Origin: Caecitellus pseudoparvulus
Lineage: Eukaryota > Protista > Bigyra: Bicosoecida
Reading direction: 5' to 3'
DNA: 64,000 bases
NCBI GenBank assembly: GCA_965644315.1
Contig: CBFFRQ010000080.1
Span: 62,001-126,000, forward strand
Notes under the pieces: model-generated
The model's database searches: none
What the model was told of the DNA's origin: nothing
The model's input: only the letters and a program-made list of their open reading frames with translations
In this document: positions 11,004-25,893 of the stretch, one piece after another
How the letters are laid out: each line of letters opens with the position of its first letter
How positions within the stretch are numbered: position 1 is the first letter of the stretch
Made by a program: the position numbers and the translations under genes

Positions 11004-11978
11004 ATGTTTACTGGTATTGTCGAAGAAATGGGGGAGGTGCTGCTTGTGCAGCAAAGCAGCATGGTTCCGCTGTGGGATGGCACAAAGGGGAAGGGCGTGT
11101 TGCTCACAATTTCCGCAAAGGCCACCCTTGGCGGAGCGTACATTGGGGCTTCCATCGCGGTGAACGGGGTGTGCCTGACCATTGTTAGCTTCACCCAAGA
11201 TAGCTTCACCTTCGGCATCGCCCCAGAAACGTAAGTGCCGCGTTTGCAGTCAGACTGCGGGCGCATTCCGTGGAGAAGCGTCTGACGTCTCTCCCCGCAG
11301 GCTGCGGCGGACGAACTTGTCCAGCGTGCAGGAGGGCGACAAGGTCAACTTGGAGCGGTCCCAGGCATCAGACGGCAGGAATTCGGGGCACTACGTTCAA
11401 GGCCATGTGGACGGCACTGCCCGACTTGTCGTGCGTTCATGAGCGCCGTGGACCACACCTTGCGAGCGACAGTGGCACGTCGCACCCGCCACGCAATCCA
11501 CGTGCAGGACACCCGCAAGGATGGCGACTCGTTGTGGGTACGCCTGGCGGCCAGCAAGGAGCTCTTGAAGTACATCGTCCCCAAAGGCTACGTGGCGGTG
11601 GATGGCACGTCCCTCACGGTGGTGGACGTGCGCCGAGGAGGGGATGCCCATGGCGCTGCGGCCAACTGTGCTGCTGTGCAGCTCTTGGAGGGGGAGGCAG
11701 GTTGGTTCTCCTTCATGCTGGTGTCCCACACACAGCAGTGCGTCGTCATGCCTCACAAGGCGCCCGGCGCCCCCATCAACATCGAAGTGGACGTCATGGC
11801 CAAGTACGTCGAGCGCAGCCTGGCGCAACACGGCCAGGCCGTCGCCCCGTCAGGCTGGCATCAGTCTGCGGGCAGCTGGGCTGTGGGCCTGGCAGCGGCA
11901 GCGCTCGCTGTGGCCACGGCAGCACTCGTCGTAGCCATGCGGAAGGGTGGGCAGCCGAAGCGGGAGAGCGCCCCCTGA
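11004..11978 (+). CDS. RIB5: Riboflavin synthase (alpha chain, homotrimeric type); exons 11004-11230, 11301-11430, 11508-11978
   Basis: Motifs MFTGIVEE, GASIAVNGVCLT, ETLRRTNL, KVNLERS, GHYVQGHVD, KGYVAVDGTSLT, NIEVDVMAKYVER. Two GT-AG introns restore the reading frame. Confidence 0.95.
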
Positions 11979-12033
11979 CATCACAGCACCGAATGCATTG
12001 CAGAGGAAATGCACGATCGGACGGAGGACTGGT

Positions 12034-14461
12034 CTACTGACCAGGGGGCCATGTCCACGAGACCTGGTTGGTGTTGGTGTTCATGTAGAACGTCTTGCCA
12101 GAGCCAGCGTCTGTGAGGGTGACCCAGTCATCCGACCCACTTGGCCCACCCTCCGAGGGTGTCTTGCCCTCGCTGGGTGCTGGTGCTGGTGCTGGTGCTG
12201 GTGCCGCCTCGGCTGCTCGCCGTGCTGTCTCGGGGTCCACTGCATACGGGTCGTGGAAAGTCAACTGCATGGGGCGGGGCGTCTGCTGCAGGACAGACAG
12301 GGTGTTCGCAAAGGTCCAGCCCTCCGCGCTCTGGCCGTTCACAGCCACGAGGTGGTGGCCCACCCGCAGGGGGTTCCCAGGCAGCTGGGACGCCTGGCCC
12401 CCCTCCAGGACGCGCTTGACCACAGCACCGGAGTCCACGCCAGAATTCCGCCGGCCAGAGGGCGTCCCTGTGCGTTCCCGGCCAGAGAAGTTTTGTTCCA
12501 GCTCCAGGCCCATGGGCCCAGCGTATTGAACTGTCACCGTGTACCGGCTCTGCGTAGGAAGCTGCCACTCAGTGCCCTTGTACACGTGGTTCTTGAAGTA
12601 CACACGCTTGGAGGCTGGGTCCACACACCGCTCCCAGCACGCTGGCAGGCCACCGGGGGCAGGGGCAGGTGCGGGTGTAGGTGCAGGTGAAGGCTCAGCA
12701 GCGGGCGCAGGTGTGCTGCCCATGCCGCCCAGAGCAGCGGCCAAGGCTCCTTGAGGTCCGCTTGCCTTGCCCATGCGCTGGGCGGTCATGGTGGCGGTGG
12801 CAAGGGCAGCGAAGCGCCCAGGACCTGGCGCCTGCATGGCTGGTGGCGGCGCTGAGGTGTGCCACGGCCCGGGCGGACCGCCGCCATGACCATGGAATGG
12901 CATGCCTCCATGCTGCGGGGCGCCATAGCCGCCTGGGGGCATGCCAGGCGTCGGGGCGTGCCCGTGTGGGGCGAACTGCCCAAGGCCCTGGGCTGGCCCG
13001 CCACCGTAGCCGCCTGGAGCTGGCCCTCCACCATACCCGCCAGGCGCTGGCCCGCCGCCATAGCCGCCAGGTGCAGGTCCGCCGAATGCACCAGGTGCCG
13101 GGCCGCCGCCATATCCGCCAGGTGCAGGTCCGCCGAATCCACCTGGAGCGGGGCCAGGGAAGCCACCCCCCACCGGCCCGCGCTGAGACTGCCCAGAAGC
13201 GCGCAGGAGCTGCACACCCGTGTGGGCGAGCCTGGCAGCCGAGGCAAGGGAGGGGGAGCTGTCTGCCCGTCCCCAGCGACTGGCACCGCCACCGCCACCA
13301 CTGGCGGCGGCGGCAGCGGGCGCCGGGGCGGGGGCCCCACCCGTAGCGTCATGGATGTACACAGCTGGCTTGTTCGGAACGTCGGGGGACACGAACTGGG
13401 CCTGATGCACGCCGTCTGCAGCGTGGTAGCCGCCCAGCATCTGCAGGAACTGGGGAAAGTTCTTGAAGAAGATGGTACCAGTGATCTGGCCGATGGAGGC
13501 GCCGGCGGGGTCCGAGAGGGTGCAGTCAAAGTCGGAGCTCTTGCCGTCGGTGAAGGTGATGACAGTGGACAGGGGGATGTCGGCGCGTGCCAAGACGTCC
13601 CCGTCCTTGTGCCCCGGGAGGCCCTTGCCCGCCCGCACCCACAGCGTGATGTATGCGCCGTTCAGCTCCCTGTACGTCGTGCGCAGGTAGAGAATGTCCA
13701 GGTAGGGAAAGTGTGTGGTGGTGCTGGGGCGAGAGGTGCGGGCGCCCTTGCTGTCGTCCTCCTCCCCCCTGTTGTACATGTACTGCAGGACGATGGGGCC
13801 GTCCAGCGCGGAGAACTGCGGGGCTGACAGCTCCACGTCCTTCATGTTCACCTCCACTGCCGCCTCCTGCTCCATCTCCACGCTGAAGCACAGCTCACCC
13901 TTGACGTTGGCACCATCTCGCAGCGGCAGGACGTGCTGCACAGGGCCCGTGGCGAGCGTGTGCAGGTCCACCTGCACCGTGCCGATGGTGTCATCTGTGC
14001 CCCACTTGTCCTTGTCCTTGACCTTGAGCGTCAGCTTCTTCAGGTGCAGCTTGGACACTAGCTTAGTCTCGTAGATAAACGTGACGTCCTCGTCCCACAC
14101 GGGGTTCAGGTCCTTCTTCTTCACACTGTGCAGCACGCGGGTGCTTGGCGTGGTGACACGATTGGAAGTGGAAGGACTGCCTTGGGCGCCTGCCGCCCCG
14201 CAGCAGGAGGAGGGTGCAGGGCCCCACAACGCACGCTGTGGTAAATTGCTTGAACCCATCAAAGTCCACACGGACGTAGGGATCCGAGGTGCCGCGCTGT
14301 GAACGGGAGTGCGTGGGACATGCATGCAGCGCAGTTTCCGCGCAACAGCCACCTTGCAGCACGCATTCCAGCCAGTGCTGGGGACGCACCCGGTCCATTG
14401 CTGCAAGGCTGCGCCCTTGCATGGAGTGGATGCGCACTCTGAAGCGTGAGACTCCAGACAT
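12034..14461 (-). CDS. C2-domain protein with Gly/Pro-rich linker, WW, PDZ and a second WW domain; exons 14461-14390, 14296-14235, 14125-12034
   Basis: Spliced N-terminus reads GRSLAAMDRRGTSDPYV..VKKKDLNPVW..KVKDKDKWGTDDTIG (Ca-binding-type C2). LPACWERCVDPASKRVYFKNH (WW), GPMGLEL..LRVGHHLVAVNG (PDZ), DWVTLTDAGSGKTFYMNTNTNQVSWTWP (WW). Confidence 0.85.
12990..13170 (-). repeat. Coding tandem repeat, about 6 x (G)GGPAPGG(Y/F)
   Basis: Translation FPGPAPGGFGGPAPGGYGGGPAPGAFGGPAPGGYGGGPAPGGYGGGPAPGGYGGGPA; 24-27 nt units visible in the DNA. Confidence 0.85.
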
Positions 14462-14641
14462 GGCGGTCAGTCGAGAGGGAGACAGCACTTGGCAACAGCC
14501 TACAGGTGTCAAGCCTGCCGCGGCGAGGCTGGTCTTGCACTGCCGTGTGCTGGGGCGAACACGGTCCAATCACCAGCAGTGCACCACGAGCATGAAGGAC
14601 ATGGGGAAAGTCAGTGTGAATTGCCGGCCAGCGCCCCCTGC

Positions 14642-17600
14642 TCAGCGCACCTCCCCTTCCTCCTCGCTGTCATCGTCCCCAAAGGCAGCTGCCACACCGC
14701 CTGCGCTGGGCGGCGGCACACCTTCTGCTGGCCGAGCTTTCTTCGCAGACTTGGCCATGGACACAATGGACGGCATGGCAGGCATGCCCTGGCGGGGGCG
14801 CTTGCTGCCTCCGACACGGGCAGCGATGTCAGCAGCTGCCGCCGCCGCCGCCGCCACCGCGCCCGCCCGCGTCCCGCCCATGCCAGGCATGGCGGGCATG
14901 CCGGCCGGCGCGGCAGACGTGCCTTGCGGCTTCACAGCCGCGGCAGCAGCAGCAATGGCCGCTGCCTTGCCACTCATGGCGGCAGGGCGCAGCGGTGAGG
15001 GCCGGCTGTCCGCCTCAAAGTCGTGTGAGCTGCGGCGGCGTCGCGCCTCGGATGAGGTGTGCCGGCGGCCATCATCGCGCCGGTGCTTCCGGGAGGGGTC
15101 CCTGCGCTTGGAGCGCTTGAGAGCGCGCACAGGCGCCTCGCCCCCCTCGGAACCACTGCCCACTTCCCCCTCGTCAGAGGAGCTGCCGGCACTGCCCTCC
15201 GCCCGTGCCTTGGCCGCCTCAGCCGCCTGAGCAGCAGCTGCCGCCAAGGCGCTCATGTGTTCCTGGAACAGAGCCTCCCTGTCAGCGGGAGCCAGGCGCC
15301 GGAAGGCAGTGCGGTGGGCCATCTCATCAGCCGCTTCACTCCATGGAACTGCGCAGGAAGGGGGGGCGGAGGAGTGAGGTGAGTGTGCAGGGGAAACGCG
15401 AGGAATGGTTGTGGGTGGTGAAGGGCATGGCGCGCGGCCCACGCACTTTCGACGTGGTCTGAACGGTAGTAGTAATCCCGCAAAAGTTCCTTGTACCGTT
15501 CCTTGTCCTCCTCTGCCAGCGCCTGGCGCCGCGCCGCTTGGGCCTTCGCATGCTGCAGCCGAGCCTCAAACTCTGCACGCAGGGTGGCCATTCGATACCG
15601 CGCCATGCGGTGCACTGGCCCAAAGATGGGCGTGCCGTCAGGAGCGCGCCCTGATCCGTACTCTGGGTCATCTGGCAGCTCCTCCACGCGGCCATGGCCG
15701 GGGTAAGGCGCCAGCTCGGCAGGAAGTGGCTGAGGCTCGGCCGCTGGGGATGGCGCAGCCGCACCCTCGCCTCCATCGGCCGGGATCTGGCCCTCCACAT
15801 CACCGGCGGCATCACCCACAGGCGCGCTGGGTTTGTCTGCTCCCTCTGACTCCGCCTGTGCGGGGCCAGCCGCCTCCTTGGCGCGTGCGACCCGTTCATC
15901 CCACTCCGCCGCCTCCCGTGCGTGGTGCCGCCGCCACGCACCCCGCTCGTACTCCACCAGGCGCAGGGTCCACTCGTGGAAGCCCGTGTCGGGGGCGACA
16001 CTAGCGCCACACCGGCGCTCGGTTGTGTCAATCACCCGCCGGTCCTTCTCCACCAGGCGCTCTTGGTCCTCCAGGAACCGCCGCAGGATGTGCCCCACCG
16101 GCAGCACATCCTGCGGCGGCGGCTTGGGCGTGGTGCCTGGTGCCTTGCCGGGCAGCGCCCAGTTCTCCTCCTCATTGAGACCCCCCGCCTCGAAGAAGGC
16201 GGAGTACGCCTTGAACGCGTCGCTCGGCGCAAGCTGCTCTTCCAAGCTTGCCGGCGTGGCCGTGGGGGGGATGTCCCCTGCCGCAGCCATGCGGCGCAGT
16301 GCGTGCAACAGCGCATGGCGCAGGCTGCGCTCTTTCCCGTGCACTCGCCGGGCAGCGTCCTCACGTTCGTGACGCAGACGGCGCTCACGGGACAGGATGA
16401 AGTCTTTGTACCCTTCCAGCACCCCCTTCTTGCCCAGGGTCGCCCAGGCAGGCTCCCCTGACAGGTCCGCCTTCACCTCGGACCACGGCGTGTCCAGGGT
16501 GATGCGCCCACGTGCCAGCCAGTCCTCCAGGAGCCCTTCCAGCTCCTGCCGCGCGGCGGCCGCCTTGGATGCCGCCAGCTCCGCCTGTCGGGCGCCCTCC
16601 CCTCGCGCCCACTCCCCGTACACATGCCGCCGCTCCGCCTCCTCGCCGTCCATGGCCGCCCACCGCGGGTCTGCCGCAAACAGCTCCTGCGCCTCGGCGT
16701 AACTCGTCGCAGGCGTGATGACACGTGCCGCATCAGGCACATCTGTGACACCAGGGGGCAGCTCAGCACCCTGGCAGGATACGGCCAGCAGCGCCAGCAG
16801 CTCGTTGCGCCGCGCCGTCGCCTCAGCACGCTTGGCGTCCCGCTCAGCCTTGCGCTTGGCTTGGCTCCACTCATTGTAGGCGGCCTTGCGCTGGCCTGCC
16901 GAGGAGTAGGCACGGTAGCGAGGGTCTGTGGAGACCGCTGCGGCCACCTCTGCCCACTTCATTCCCGGCGCAATGCCCTTGTCTTCCAGCAGCGCGTGAA
17001 ACGCTTCACGCCGCTCGGCATCGTTGGCGAACGTGGGGGTGGCGTCCCCCCCCGTGGAGCCCTTGGATCCTGCCCCACTGCCTGACTGGCTGGGTGCCTT
17101 GCGCTGCGCAGAGCCTCCGCTGCCGCCGCCCTTCCCTGACCGGCTCCCGGATGCCGCCCCACCCGTGGCGTAGGCGGCCTGGGCGGCGAGGGCGGCGGCA
17201 GCAGCCTTGCGGCCGGCGTCTGTAACCTCCACGCCTGCCGCTGTGCGGGGCGCTGCAGGCGCACTGCGGGCCTGAGCCAACTTGTCCTCATACTGCGCCA
17301 GCTCCTGTGGCTTGGTCCACGTGGTCTCGCCTGTGGACGCCTTGTGGTAGTACGTCTTGCCGCTGGAGGCATCCAAGTGCGATGTCCAGGGGGCAGGGCC
17401 CAGGGCGCGCTCCGCCTCACTCAGTAACTCCTCTGGCTTGGCATGCTGCGTTGCGCCGGTGCCCGCGTTGTGGTAGAACAGGCTACCGTCAGGTGCCCTG
17501 AACTCGGCCCAGCCGCCACCTGCCACCCCGGTGGGCACAGGGGCAGGGGGCATGGGCATGGTTGGAGGCATGCCCATGGGGGGAGGCATCATGGGCATGC

Positions 17601-17748
17601 CTCCACCATGGTGGGGTGGCATCATAGGCATGCCAGGCGGCATGCCTGCGCCAGGCGGCATCATTGGCATGCTGCCAGGGGGTCCCCCAGGAGGCATGGC
17701 GCCGGGTGGGTGGAAGCCAGGCATGCCCATGTGTGGTGGATATGCCAT
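14642..17748 (-). CDS. PRP40: PRP40/PRPF40-like splicing factor (Pro/Met-rich N-terminus, 2 WW, FF repeats); intron 15349-15446
   Basis: WW motifs GWAEFRAPDGSLFYHN and PWTSHLDASSGKTYY..TTWTKP. FF-like motifs EAFHALLEDKGI..MKW..DPRY, ELFAADPRW and IPWSEA. Ends DDDSEEEGEVR*. Confidence 0.85.
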
Positions 17749-18246
17749 GGCAAGCTGTGTCGAGTTCTGCGACAAGCAGGGAAGTGGCTGTGTGCGCACG
17801 AGGGAGAGCACCGGCGCAGCCAATTGCCACGGCTCCCCAGACCGTGCATGCAGCCCAGCCGCCTCACCTGCAGGTGGCCAACGTGGCAAGCACCAGGGCC
17901 AATGCTCAGTGCTATGGAGTTCCAGGAACCCGGCGCTCAGCTGTGCCTGGTGCTGGCTGAGGACGTCACCGTCCACAGAGCTTTCACAGCGTGCCTGGCA
18001 GCAAATACCGCACAGCCCCTTCCCGCCGCAGCCCTTGCAGCGCAGGTGATCGGAAGAGAAGCTCGGCGCGGAGCTCCACGCCAGCTTGCCACCCAGAAGT
18101 TTTTGCTCGTTTCCCCTAACAGCCAGGTGGGAGGCTGAGGGTGGAGGCGGAGCGTCAGTCCGCGGCAAGCGCCACTTTTCCAGTGCCAGACAGATTCACC
18201 GACGTTCCCACAGGTTGTGTGTTGAACTCCCCAACCCCTTCCAGCC

Positions 18247-19710
18247 ATGTCTCACCGCAAGTTCGAGGGTGTGTAGCTGCCGCCTCTGGCCTGCGCTCGC
18301 CATCCAGCGCCCTCACGTGCCATGCTCCCACACCATCACAGCACCCCGCCATGGGTCCCTGGGCTTCCTGCCCCGCAAGCGCACCAAGAAGCACCGCGGC
18401 AAGATGCGCGCCTTCCCTGCCGACGATGCATCCAAGGCATGCCACCTGACTGCCTTCTTCGGCTACAAGGCCGGCATGACGCACGTCGTGCGCAAGCTGG
18501 ACCGCCCCGGCTCAGGTGTGTGCGGCTGCGGAAGTGCTGTGTTCTCGCATTGCGCGGGGCGCCCCACGGCTGCCCTGCGCCGCTGCACCCGGAAATCCCT
18601 GCCTAAAGCATTGTTTGCACCCCCACCATCCCTATGGCCGCAGTGTCCCACAAGAAGGAGGTGTGCGAGGCCGTCACCATCATCGAGACCCCTCCCATCG
18701 TGCCTGTGGCAGTGGTCGGGTACAAGCTCACCCCCCAGGGCCTGCGCACCCTGAAGTCCGTGTGGACCAAGAACCTGAACGAGGATGTCCGTCGCCGCTT
18801 CTACAAGAACTGGTGCGTGAGGGCGCCGGCTCAGCGCAGGCGAAGCCGTGGCCGGAAACGCTGGCACGCGCTGCACTGCCGCTTTCCCTTCCGCTCCCAC
18901 AGGTACGCCTCCAAGAAGAAGGCCTTCACCAAGTACGTCGCCGCTGAGGACTTCGACGCCAAGTTCGACGCTGGCCTCGCCTACCTGAAGGCCAACGCCG
19001 ATGTCGTCCGCGTTGTGGCCCACTCCCAGCCCGGCCTGACTGGCCTGCGCCAGAAGACCGCCCACGTCCTGGAGATCCAGGTCAACGGCGGCTCTGTGGA
19101 GGACAAGGTGGACTTCGCCAAGGCCCTGCTGGAGCAGAACGTGCCCGTGAAGACTGTCTTCGCCGAGGGTGAGTTCATCGATATCCTGGGTGCCACCAAG
19201 GGTCACGGATACGAGGGTGTCGTCACTCGCTGGGGTGTCAAGCGCCTGCCACGCAAGACTCACCGTGGCCTGCGCAAGGTTGCCTGCATTGGCGCATGGC
19301 ACCCTGCCCGCGTTGGCTACCAGGTGGCCCGCGCCGGTCAGCGCGGCTACCATCACCGCACTGAGCGCAACAAGCGCATCTTCCGAATCGGCGAGAAGGT
19401 CGGCGCTGGCGAGGTGGACACCTCCGCCACCACCGCGGCTGACCTCACCCAGAAGGGCATCAACCCCATGGGTGGCTTCCCCCACTACGGCATGGTCGTG
19501 AACGACTGGATCATGATCCACGGCGGCGTCGTCGGCACTAAGAAGCGCCCCGTCACCCTGCGCAAGTGCGTGCAGCCCCCCACCCGCCCCGCTGGTGAGC
19601 TGAACCTTCTGTTCATCGACACTTCTTCCAAGTACGGTCACGGCCGCTTCCAGACCGACGCTGAGAAGAAGACCCACATGGGCGAGCTCAAGAAGGACAA
19701 GTCCGAGTAA
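18247..19710 (+). CDS. RPL3: 60S ribosomal protein L3 (uL3); exons 18247-18268, 18342-18515, 18644-18812, 18903-19710
   Basis: [65 protein letters not shown]. Three GT-AG introns restore the frame. Confidence 0.98.
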
Positions 19711-19849
19711 GCGCCTTCTCGCCTGGCACTGTGAACGGGCTGTGGAATGGGAACTCCACTGTGGCAGGCGTCCACCTGCCGCGTGCAATGCACCCCCGTT
19801 TGCATGAACCTTTGCGGGAATGCGCCCCACATCGCCCCCTCAGCATTGA

Positions 19850-21715
<1,866 letters not shown>

Positions 21716-22003
21716 GCAACCGGCTCAGCCTGCAGCATGTGAGTTGCCTGCACAGCGAGTGTTCCAAGATCACAGAGCAATGCATTTGTGCATCTTCTCC
21801 AATTCGAAAGGATCGTCTGCTTGCTACACCTGAGCGGGGCTGCTTTGCGTGACCGCTCTCCGAAACCAAGCACACTGTTCCATGTGGGAAGGATTTCGCC
21901 AGTTTCCTGTCACCTCGTAGTCGAGACCACCCCTTTTTTTGGCTCCACAGCGACGCGTGGCAAAAGAGTTTCGCCCGAAACGCCAGGATACACTTCCTCT
22001 TGC

Positions 22004-23745
22004 ATGGCCGCCGATTTGATATGCCCCGTCTGTGGAGCGCCAGCTAGTGGCGGCGAGATGTTCTGCTTATCATGTGAAGCATGTTCTGATGAGCCACAAG
22101 GGATGCAGCAAGAAGCAAGCGCCAAGATGAGGAAGGACGGCTGGCCTTGCCAGGTTTGTACAGTGCACAATCTTGCTTCACAGCGCACCTGTGCTGCATG
22201 TGGAGTGGGGGAGGCCCCGGGGCCCCCAAGTGGCGCTGCCCACGCTGCATCTAACTCAAAGCCGCACCCCATGGTCATTGCAGAGCAGGGCGCGTGTGAG
22301 GTCGGTTTCGGAGACACAGCACAGCGTTACCTCGCGTTCACACTGCCTGCACTCTGACCTTTCGTTGCAGGGGCTGCTCCCTCTCGTTGCCCAAGCATAT
22401 GTTGGATGGTTAGCCAGGCGAGGAGGTGGGCTCAGCGCGCGCGTCGCCCTGGCCTCCAGCGCCACTTCGCACTACACTCAAACTGGCCGCGTTGGAGCCG
22501 GCTGGTCGTGCGGGTTTCGGAACCTGCAAATCCTGTGTTCTGCGCTTCTGCACCGGAAAGAGTTCGTGCCACACCTTTTCGGGGGCTTGGGGCTCGTGCC
22601 CACGGTGTTCTGCTTGCAAGTGTGTTCATGCGGCGCGTCGGCTGGCATACGCTGCTGGCGATCACGTTGGCTGGCTCCATGCGCAGAAATGGATTGAGCA
22701 CGCTTGGGCGCAAGGTTTCGACCGCCAAGGCGCCTCCCAGTTTGGTGGAGTTCTACATGGGACGACCAAGTGGATCGGAGCGACTGAAGTGGCTGCAGTG
22801 CTGCGGTCCTGCCGCGTGCCTGCCCGGGTCATCGACTTCCATGCCGCTGAGGATCCGTTTATCCAGACGCTTGTCCAGCACCACACCATGTTCCAATTTT
22901 ATGACCCTGTTCACCACACCATCGTTCGAGGACTTCCAAGGTCTGTTCTGCACGTGGAGGCGTCGGCAGCAGGCCCTTCTTCCGCTGCTCGCTCACACGC
23001 AGCTCGCCACGCCGGGCTCGTCAACTTTGCCTGGCATCACTTCAGCGGGGCTGCCTCACCTGCTGAAGCCAGCACGCAAGTTACGGGGGCTCACGCTGGT
23101 GCACCACTTCCACTGTACTTGCAGCACGACGGGCACTCCCGCACCATTATTGGCATTGAACGTAGGGACAGGGCCAAGTCCGAGCAGTCCAAGGTGCAGG
23201 GTCTCAGAGGGGGCGTGCGCCAGGCTCGCCTGGACACCATGCTCCAGACAGAGCAAGCCCCAGCTCCATGCCCTGCGGCAGCGGCAGAGCCTCCTTCGCC
23301 CTTGGTGCAAGAGGGCGGTACTGGTACATCAGTGGTTGACTTGACAGGTGACTCCACATCTGAAGACGAAGACATTTCCCCCGTCCAGGGGACCTTCACA
23401 GTGGGCAGTGCCGGAACAAGTCAGGCTGACATGGCCTCTGCTGCACCTCTGGACTTCGGATGTGAGGAGGCATTCTTGGTTATGTTCGATCCAGCCAAAC
23501 CAACTGCCGCGTACACCAAGGCGCTGCAGCCTGCAGAAGGGGAGCTGTTCCCGGTGGGTTGGGAGAAGCACTTCAAGCGGGGCCTCCACACACTGCGGCA
23601 CCCCCAGTACCAAGTCGTGCACGTGCCGGAAGGAGTAGCTCCACTGACTGACGAGGAGCTGCCAGCTTGGCGAGAAGTGCATGGCGTGAAGGTGCTACCC
23701 ATTGAGACCCTGATTGCGGCAGCGCACAGCGTGTATGGTAGCTAA
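22004..23745 (+). CDS. ZUP1: ZUP1/ZUFSP-like deubiquitinase (peptidase C78-type domain) with N-terminal zinc fingers; exons 22004-22300, 22371-22619, 22687-23745
   Basis: Catalytic Cys motif GWSCGFRNLQIL, then LQKWIEHAWAQGFD, KWIGATEV, His motif YLQHDGHSRTIIGIE and Asp motif FDP. RanBP2/NZF-like finger WPCQVCTVHN..TCAAC. Confidence 0.9.
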
Positions 23746-23845
23746 TGCAGTGTATTGAGCTCAAGCCTAAACAGGCAATGTCCAGACATGGAGCTGAGCA
23801 GCAGACATGGTAAACACAAGGCCAAAGCGGCGCTGAGCCGGTCGC

Positions 23846-25611
<1,766 letters not shown>

Positions 25612-25893
25612 TTAGCTGTGAAGTTGTGTAGTTGTGGTTTCGGGCGACTGTAGTTGTTTGCTGGGTAAGGTGGGCAGGGGTGTTCAGGGGGGGTGCACGG
25701 CATGTGGCTCAGCTTGGCTTGTGATTGGGCCCCATCCCGTCTGCGTGGGGCTGTGGGACATTGCGAAGCCCCTGGCACGGTACTTTTCGAAATTCCACGT
25801 GAAGTGGACTCTAATGGTTGTGTTTAGGCGTGTGATTGACTGAAAATTCGTCGCATTGACAGCTTTCAAAGCGCGAGCCCCAACGCCAGCAAC

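Noticed and set aside
18269-18902. Possible intronic snoRNAs in RPL3 introns
   Set aside because: No RTGATGA/CTGA box pair or clear H/ACA structure seen; the introns are short.
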